Positions 57,847-64,000 of a DNA stretch of 64,000 bases are shown piece after piece; position 1 is the stretch's first letter; each line of letters opens with the position of its first letter. Under the pieces are notes generated by a model. The model searched no databases. It had not been told where the DNA came from and saw only the letters and a list, made by a program, of their open reading frames with translations. The translations under genes and the position numbers were made by a program. This DNA is from Eubacterium sp. UBA3782 (GTDB taxonomy: Bacteria; Bacillota; Clostridia; Lachnospirales; Lachnospiraceae). The stretch is taken from positions 1-64,000 of the forward strand of contig DFFG01000003.1 in the NCBI GenBank assembly GCA_002368795.1, in the 5' to 3' direction.

Positions 57847-58014
57847 GGGGCTGTCGCATTAAACAAAGCGTGCATAAATATTCTTGCGGGAAGCGCTCGC
57901 GCTCTGTCCGCACGCAGCGGTACTAAGTCGGAATGTTCCATTCCTCCAAGTACCGGCTGAGGGCTGTTCCCTCCAGAATGTTTATGCACGCTTTTTTCTT
58001 AATGCGACAACCCC
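57847..58014. repeat. R2 element, copy 3 (forward orientation), inside the stem GGGGCTGTCGCATTAA/TTAATGCGACAACCCC, between the lon start and the upstream gene end
   Basis: Central hairpin GGAATgttccATTCC, compensatory relative to copy 2. TIRs AAAGCGTGCATAAATATTCT and AGAATGTTTATGCACGCTTT. Confidence 0.75.
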
Positions 58015-58026
58015 GGCTTAAGATCC

Positions 58027-59295
58027 TTACTTCCAGACGAACCAGATGAACAGATAGCCGCAGGTTACGGCGGTCAGTGTAAAGGGTACGCCGATCCGGG
58101 CAAAGCTTTTGAAATCTACCTCGTAGCCTTCCTTTTTCAGAAGTCCGGAGGCGGCGATGTTTGCCGATGCACCGATCGGGGTCAGGTTTCCGCCGAGGGT
58201 CGCTCCGGTCAGCAGTCCGAAATACAGAAGATAGGGCTCGATGCCCAGCTTCAGGCAGATGCTGGTGATGACCGGCAGCATGGTCGCTACGTAGGGAATG
58301 TTGTCGATAAAGGCCGACGCGGCGACGGATACCCAGACGATGATCGTGTAGAGAAGGAAGATCCTGTTTCCGCCTGCAGCCACGATCAGATCGGCAATAT
58401 CCTCGATCAGTCCGACATTTGTGATGCCGCCGATGACGATGAAGAGGCCCGTAAGCATCAGGAGCGTTTCCAGGTCAATGCTGAGCGCTGCACGCTTTGC
58501 GTGTGCGTGCTCTTTGGTACGGAAAAAGTCGGAGAGGACAGCGATCAGCGCGTAGATGCAGCAGATCACACCGTTGGTCACCTCTGGCTTGTTCTTGTTG
58601 AAGGAGGCAATGATCAGGGAGACGACCATGGCAAGAAGGAGAACCGTCGGGAGAAAGTCTTTGACTTCGGTCCGGGTCTCCACTGACACGGGATCCTTGT
58701 CCTTGCGGAACAGGAACATCATGATCGGGATCGTTGCAATAGCGCCGAGCTCGACTGCAAAGAACATGCCGGGACGGCCGTTCATCCAGAAGAAGTCTGT
58801 GAAATCCATCTTTGCGTAAGCGGCAAGCATGATGGAGGTGGTATCACCTACCAGCGTTGCGGCACCCTGAAGGTTGGAGGAGACCGCAATGCTCAGGATC
58901 ATCGAAACCGGAGAGATCTTCAGCCGCCGGCAGATGGCAAGGCCGACCGGAGCGACCATCAGAACGGTGGCGACATTGTCGATGAAGGCCGAGATCAGTC
59001 CGGCAAACAGGGACATGAGGATCGTCACCCACATGACATTGGGTGCCAGATCCAGCAGCATGTCCGCGATGCGCATGGGCATCTGGGATGCGATGAAATA
59101 GTCCACCAGAACCATGGTGCCGGTGATCATCAGCAGGACATTCCAGTCGATGACGCCGGGGATCTCAGCAAAGGGAAGAACGCCTGAGACCAGAAACACA
59201 ACGGCGGTGGCAAGAACGATCCACACGCGGCGCTTCATAAACAGGATCATCAGGGCGTACATGGCAATAAAGGTGATCAGTGCAAATGTTTTCAA
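58027..59295 (-). CDS. ArsB/NhaD-superfamily anion permease (putative)
   Basis: Polytopic protein with two repeated halves. The start at 59295 is TTG preceded by AAGAGG. A downstream ATG is an alternative. Confidence 0.55.
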   Translation of the reverse strand: MKTFALITFIAMYALMILFMKRRVWIVLATAVVFLVSGVLPFAEIPGVIDWNVLLMITGTMVLVDYFIASQMPMRIADMLLDLAPNVMWVTILMSLFAGLISAFIDNVATVLMVAPVGLAICRRLKISPVSMILSIAVSSNLQGAATLVGDTTSIMLAAYAKMDFTDFFWMNGRPGMFFAVELGAIATIPIMMFLFRKDKDPVSVETRTEVKDFLPTVLLLAMVVSLIIASFNKNKPEVTNGVICCIYALIAVLSDFFRTKEHAHAKRAALSIDLETLLMLTGLFIVIGGITNVGLIEDIADLIVAAGGNRIFLLYTIIVWVSVAASAFIDNIPYVATMLPVITSICLKLGIEPYLLYFGLLTGATLGGNLTPIGASANIAASGLLKKEGYEVDFKSFARIGVPFTLTAVTCGYLFIWFVWK

Positions 59296-59320
59296 GGGTA
59301 AATGCCTCTTTCTTTTGTGT

Positions 59321-60739
59321 TTATTCTCCGTAAAGCCAGCTCTTTAGATAGCTGCGGTTTGCTTCCAGGTCGACAGACAGGACGGCGGCACCGTCGATGA
59401 AGTCGGCGCTGTAGGTTCCCTCAGCCGGGATCTGGTAGCTCTTCATATCTGATGTGTCAGCCAGCAGGCCGGAAAGGCCGGCGGTGATCAGATTCAGTGT
59501 ATTCATGTCGGTCGTCAGGCTTGCCGCTACCGAGGAAAGGACCCGGAACTGGGTAAGCGGATCGCTCTGCCGGAATTTTGCGATCGCGGCGGACAGGAAG
59601 TTCCGCTGCCGGAGCGTGCGGTCCCAGTCGGAATTGCCGACCTCCCGCATGCGGCAGTAACATAGCGCCTGCTCTGGCGTCAGGGAGTTTGTGCCGGCAG
59701 TCAGGGCCCAGGCATCGATCTGGGTAAATTCGTCCGGATCTGTCGACATGCCAAGTCCCGGGTTGGCGTTCATGTAGTCGGCTTCTTCCTGCGTCAGCTC
59801 GATCTCCACGTTGCCGACACCGGTCATGGCAGCGATAAAGCCGTCCAGATCAACGATGCAGTTTCCGTTCAGATCGATGCCGAAGTCCTCCTGGATGGTG
59901 ACATCCAGAAGCTCCATGCCGCCATAGACATAGGCTGCGTTCAGCCGGTCATAGCCATAGCCGGGGATTGGTACATAGGAATCCCGCATCAGTGAGACCA
60001 GGGATACCTGCCGTGTGCCGCGGTCGATGCTGCAGATGATCATGCTGTCCGTGCGTGTCTGTTCCTCACCGGACCGGGCATCCTGTCCGATCAGAAGGAT
60101 GTTGGTTACCAGGGGACTGCTCATGGTCGTATAACCGTCTGCTGCGGTGATGGTATCTGCCGAGGCGTCAGCTACCGGGTCGACATGGCCGATCCGCGCC
60201 AGCGCCGCATACAGAACGCCGCAGACCAGAAGCAGCAGACAAAGGAGCAGAAGAAACAGGGTCCGCAGCGGATGACTCTTTTTTTTGTGCTTCTTTTTGC
60301 TGCCGGAGGAAGCTTTGGCTGTGTGTTTCTTTTTCCTGCGCCGGCCGCCCATACCGAAATCATAGTCATCGCCCGGGCCTTCTTCATATTCCTCAGGAGA
60401 AATATCACGGCCATACCGGCGATCCTCATCGTAACGGTAGTCGTCGTCATCCTCGTAGCTGTCATCGTCATCATAGAATCCGGGATCATCATAGGCAGAG
60501 GCGTTGTACCTGCTGCCAGGCGTACGGCTTCCGGGCGGCCTGTAGCCGTCGGGATCTGCCTGCTGACCGGATTCGGCATCATGCTTTGCCTGCATGACCC
60601 GCTGATAGTAATTTAGGTTCTGCCCGCCCGCCGGGGCGCTCCAGGCTTCCGCATCCTCAAGGGATACATCATACTCAGGGACAGATATGCCCCTGTTTCG
60701 GGCTTCGCGGTCATAAAGATCCGTGTCGTGTCTGCTCAT
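59321..60739 (-). CDS. LytR-CpsA-Psr (LCP) family protein with an unusually long N-terminal cytoplasmic region rich in Asp, Tyr and Lys
   Basis: LCP core LIGQDARSGEE.RTDSMIICSI...RLNAAY. Start chosen at MSRHDTDLYD with RBS AGGAGAG. The longer ORF-track start lacks support. Confidence 0.7.
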   Translation of the reverse strand: MSRHDTDLYDREARNRGISVPEYDVSLEDAEAWSAPAGGQNLNYYQRVMQAKHDAESGQQADPDGYRPPGSRTPGSRYNASAYDDPGFYDDDDSYEDDDDYRYDEDRRYGRDISPEEYEEGPGDDYDFGMGGRRRKKKHTAKASSGSKKKHKKKSHPLRTLFLLLLCLLLLVCGVLYAALARIGHVDPVADASADTITAADGYTTMSSPLVTNILLIGQDARSGEEQTRTDSMIICSIDRGTRQVSLVSLMRDSYVPIPGYGYDRLNAAYVYGGMELLDVTIQEDFGIDLNGNCIVDLDGFIAAMTGVGNVEIELTQEEADYMNANPGLGMSTDPDEFTQIDAWALTAGTNSLTPEQALCYCRMREVGNSDWDRTLRQRNFLSAAIAKFRQSDPLTQFRVLSSVAASLTTDMNTLNLITAGLSGLLADTSDMKSYQIPAEGTYSADFIDGAAVLSVDLEANRSYLKSWLYGE

Positions 60740-61150
60740 ATGCTCTCCTGTCGGCAGCCTTGCAGCTGGCATCATACAGCACCAGCTTTTGAATGCCGCC
60801 AATATCCATATTTTACACTCTGTTCCATGATTGTAGCGGGACGGGAAGGGATTGTCAACCATACCGATAAGAGCGGAAAAACAATGCATTATATCCTGGA
60901 TTCTCATAAATGCTCGGTAATCCTCGTGATTCTGTGTATGTGTGCGTTTGGCCGGGCGGTTTTGCACAGAAACAGGAGTATGTGGGGATATAAAAAGGTA
61001 TCTCTGCAGGCTGCACATATTTTCACAGATTTTTGATTGGCCCTATGCTATAATAGGCAAAGACACGCGAGATACAGATGCGAAAACCTGCTCCGGCCAT
61101 ATGTACATGCTTCCGGAGAAGGAGCGCCGCCACCAGACTGAGGATCTTTT

Positions 61151-61852
61151 ATGGCATATATTTCAGCAAAAGACGTAACAAAAATCTACCATATGGGTGA
61201 AGTGCAGATCAGGGCCTGTGACGGGATCAGTTTTGAGATCGAAAAGGGTGAATTCGTGATCATTGTCGGGCCTTCCGGCGCCGGAAAGACCACGGTATTG
61301 AATATTTTGGGCGGTATGGATACGCTGACGGACGGAGAGGTGATCGTCGACGGGACGGACATCAGCCGGCTGAAAGGGCGCCAGATGGCGGAATACCGCC
61401 GGGAGGATGTCGGCTTTGTCTTTCAGTTCTACAATCTGATGCAGAATCTGACCGCTCTGGAAAATGTTGAGCTGGCCATGCAGATCTGCCGGGAGCCGAT
61501 GGATCCCGCGGAGGTGCTGCGGGAGGTCGGGCTGGGCGACCGGATGGGAAATTTCCCTGCACAGCTTTCCGGCGGCGAGCAGCAGCGAGTGGCGATTGCC
61601 AGGGCACTGGCAAAAAATCCAAAGCTGCTGCTGTGTGATGAGCCGACCGGAGCGCTGGATTATGTGACCGGAAAGTCGATCCTGGGACTTTTGCAGGATA
61701 TGTGCCGCAGGAAGGGAATGACCGTGATCGTCATCACACACAACAGTGCGCTTACGCCTATGGCCGACCGGGTCATCAAGATCCGCAGCGGAAGAGTCAG
61801 CAAGATGGAGCTTAATCCGGATCCCACGCCGGTAGAAGAGATCGAGTGGTAA
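61151..61852 (+). CDS. ABC transporter ATP-binding protein (FtsE/MacB-like)
   Basis: Walker [10 protein letters not shown], signature LSGGEQQR, Walker [13 protein letters not shown]. Confidence 0.85.
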   Translation: MAYISAKDVTKIYHMGEVQIRACDGISFEIEKGEFVIIVGPSGAGKTTVLNILGGMDTLTDGEVIVDGTDISRLKGRQMAEYRREDVGFVFQFYNLMQNLTALENVELAMQICREPMDPAEVLREVGLGDRMGNFPAQLSGGEQQRVAIARALAKNPKLLLCDEPTGALDYVTGKSILGLLQDMCRRKGMTVIVITHNSALTPMADRVIKIRSGRVSKMELNPDPTPVEEIEW

Positions 61853-61857
61853 CAGAC

Positions 61858-64000
61858 ATGAAGAATGCCGTGTGGAAGGATTTCTTCCGGGATATAAAAA
61901 AGAATAAGGGAAGATTTCTGTCCATCTTCTGCATCGTCATGCTCGGAACGGCTTTTTTTGCCGGCCTCAGGTCCACCGGGTACGATATGAAGTACTCGGC
62001 TGACCGGTACTATGATGATACCCGTCTGATGGATATCCGGGTGATCAGCACGCTGGGCCTGTCGGAGGAGGATATTGAGGATCTCCGGCAGATCGAGGGG
62101 GTATCCCTTGCCGCAGGAGGCAAAACAAAGGACGTGATCCTTCAGACGGAGGATGCCTCGCTGGTGATCCGCACCATCGCCATGACCGACGGAGTCAACG
62201 ACCCGGTGACAGCGGAAGGCAGGCTGCCTTCTGCCAGCGGGGAATGCTTTGTCGATATGAACGTGTTTCCGGACCGGGGCTATAAGGTCGGTGATACGAT
62301 CACATTCCTTTCCGGAGACGGGGAGGAGCTTTCGGAATCCTTAACATCCGATACCTTTACCATTGTGGGCATGGGGTATCTTCCTTATTATACTGACCTG
62401 ACCAGGGGCACCGGCCAGATCGGCGACGGATCTGTCGATGCCTTTGTGCTCCTTGATCCGGATGCCTATGCCATCGACTACTATACGGAAGCCTATCTTC
62501 TGGTCGATGGTGCTGCAAAGGAGATGACGTTCAGCAGCCGCTATGATGAACTGGTGGATGCGGTTTCTGATCGTGTGGACGAGCTGGCAGGGACGGCGGT
62601 TGTCCGCAGATATGAGGCCGTGAAGCGCGAGGCAGAGGACTCGATCGCCGACGCGAAGCAGCAGGTCGAGGATGGCGAAAAGGAGCTTGCCGACGCAGAG
62701 AAGGAGCTTGCTGACGGTTGGGCAGAGATCAGCGATGCCCAGGCGGAGATCGCCGATAAGGAGAAGGAGCTTGCCGACGGCAAAAAGGAGCTGCAGGACG
62801 CAGAGCAGGAGATCAGCGATGCCTGGCAGGAGGTAAATGATGGCTGGGCAGCTATTTTTGATGCTCAGGCACAGACCGAGGCGGGAAAGGCTGAGCTGGA
62901 TCAGGCGCGCGCGGAGCTTGCGGCCGGGCAGAAGGCCTATGAGGAAGGCCTTGCCCAGTACGAGGAGAACTGCAAAAAGCTGCAGGATGCCGAAGCTGAG
63001 ATCGAAGCGAAGACGGCGGAACTTTCAGCTGGTGAAAAGCAGTATGAAGAAGGCCTTGCCCAGTACCGCGAGGGAGCGGCCGCGGCAAAAGAAGGCAGAA
63101 AGCAGTATGAAGCCGGGCGGAAGGCATTTGAAGAAGGGAAGGCCCAGTACGATGAAGGGCTGGCCCAGTACGAAGAAGGCCTTGCCCAGTATGAAGAGCT
63201 TACCTCTCAGTACGAGGCCGGAAAGGCCCAGTATGAGGAGGGGCTTGCCCAGACCCAGGCGGGCAGAGCCGCCCTGGAGGCCGGGCGGGCAGAGTATGCG
63301 GCCGGGAAGGCAGCACTTGATGACGGGCTGGCCCGTTACAGCGCAGGCATAGCCCAACTGCAGACACAGGAAGCCGAATATCAGGCCGGAAAAGCTGCCA
63401 TGGAGCAGCTTAGCGCACAGCTGGAGCGCCTGCAGGCAGAGAGAGCTGCCGGTGAGGAAACCATGACCGAGGAAGAACTGGCAGCTCTGGACCGCCAGAT
63501 CGCGGAGGTATCCGCTGCGCTGGAGCAGGCCAGTGCAGGGGTCGCCGCTTATGAGAGCGCCCTTGCAGAGCTTCAGGCGACGAAGGCTATGCTCGACCAG
63601 CAGGAGGCGGCGCTCGCCCAGGCCAAGGCCGAGATGGACAGCCAGGAGACCCTTCTTGCAGAGGCAGAGGCCATGCTGCAGGAGAAAGCCGGAGAGCTGG
63701 CAGAAGCTGAGGCCGGCCTGCAGGTCATGAAATCTGCCCTGGATGAAGCAAAGCAGGCGCTGGATGAAAAGGCGCCGGAGATTGAGGCTGCCGGGAAACA
63801 GCTGGAGGATTCCGATGCAGAGTTGACGGCGGCAGAGGAAGAGCTGGCAGCCGGCAAGAAAGCTTTGGACGAAAATGCGGCCCGGATCGCATCCGGCCGG
63901 CAGCAGCTGGCCGCGGCAAAGACACTGCTGGAGAGCGGGAAGGCTGAACTCGAAAAAGGAAAAAAGACGCTGGAGGACAGCAGAAAGCAGCTCGCAGATG
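61858..64000 (+). CDS. FtsX-like ABC permease with a very long extracellular coiled-coil insert of (E/K)EGLAQYEE-type repeats. It is 3'-truncated by the window edge.
   Basis: Frame 1 is open from the ATG at 61858 to the window end. FtsX N-terminus MKNAVWKDFFRDIKKNKGRFLSIF. Not listed in the ORF track because no stop is reached. Confidence 0.65.
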   Translation, partial: MKNAVWKDFFRDIKKNKGRFLSIFCIVMLGTAFFAGLRSTGYDMKYSADRYYDDTRLMDIRVISTLGLSEEDIEDLRQIEGVSLAAGGKTKDVILQTEDASLVIRTIAMTDGVNDPVTAEGRLPSASGECFVDMNVFPDRGYKVGDTITFLSGDGEELSESLTSDTFTIVGMGYLPYYTDLTRGTGQIGDGSVDAFVLLDPDAYAIDYYTEAYLLVDGAAKEMTFSSRYDELVDAVSDRVDELAGTAVVRRYEAVKREAEDSIADAKQQVEDGEKELADAEKELADGWAEISDAQAEIADKEKELADGKKELQDAEQEISDAWQEVNDGWAAIFDAQAQTEAGKAELDQARAELAAGQKAYEEGLAQYEENCKKLQDAEAEIEAKTAELSAGEKQYEEGLAQYREGAAAAKEGRKQYEAGRKAFEEGKAQYDEGLAQYEEGLAQYEELTSQYEAGKAQYEEGLAQTQAGRAALEAGRAEYAAGKAALDDGLARYSAGIAQLQTQEAEYQAGKAAMEQLSAQLERLQAERAAGEETMTEEELAALDRQIAEVSAALEQASAGVAAYESALAELQATKAMLDQQEAALAQAKAEMDSQETLLAEAEAMLQEKAGELAEAEAGLQVMKSALDEAKQALDEKAPEIEAAGKQLEDSDAELTAAEEELAAGKKALDENAARIASGRQQLAAAKTLLESGKAELEKGKKTLEDSRKQLAD

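Noticed and set aside
1-64000. Prophage, IS, integron, CRISPR, tRNA or rRNA content
   Set aside because: No integrase, transposase, Cas gene, direct-repeat/spacer array, tRNA T-loop-like box or rRNA-like sequence was seen in any intergenic region. The only mobile-like features are the small R1 and R2 repeats.

Overview
This is a high-GC (~58-60%), gene-dense chromosomal window that looks like a Clostridia-type Firmicute. Almost all of it is coding. I call about 50 CDSs and no tRNA, rRNA, CRISPR array, integrase or transposase. Recognisable housekeeping genes are metA, metY, a UvrD-family helicase, dinB, ferredoxin, an L,D-transpeptidase, murI, deoD, hppA, an MMPL transporter, trkA/trkH, hisC, dapF, a rhodanese-TtcA fusion, a Ser/Thr kinase, trxB, tsaA, lon, an LCP protein and an ABC/FtsX pair. 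An FMN riboswitch precedes an ECF riboflavin S-component (ribU). The standout is the first 12.4 kb: a tightly packed, same-strand, 10-gene locus with no assignable enzymatic function. It contains a 5'-truncated coiled-coil/zinc-ribbon protein, a YdjI-like SPFH protein fused to a double zinc ribbon, a 4-TM protein, a zinc-ribbon/helical protein, three clearly paralogous proteins (N-terminal coiled coil, conserved YWL..LNLRFGR..WF.Y core, C-terminal two-helix membrane hairpin), two small proteins and a classical-clade AAA+ ATPase. I read this as a candidate undescribed membrane-associated system, possibly an ESCRT-III/Vps4-like or Psp/flotillin-like remodelling or stress module. Two dispersed structured repeat families are also new to me. 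R1 is ~90 nt, with 3 full copies and one fragment. R2 is ~150 nt with 20-bp terminal inverted repeats, in 3 copies. Each copy sits inside the loop of a gene-end, terminator-like hairpin whose stem differs between copies but stays complementary. All gene calls are from reading the translations and motifs by eye. No database searches were run.
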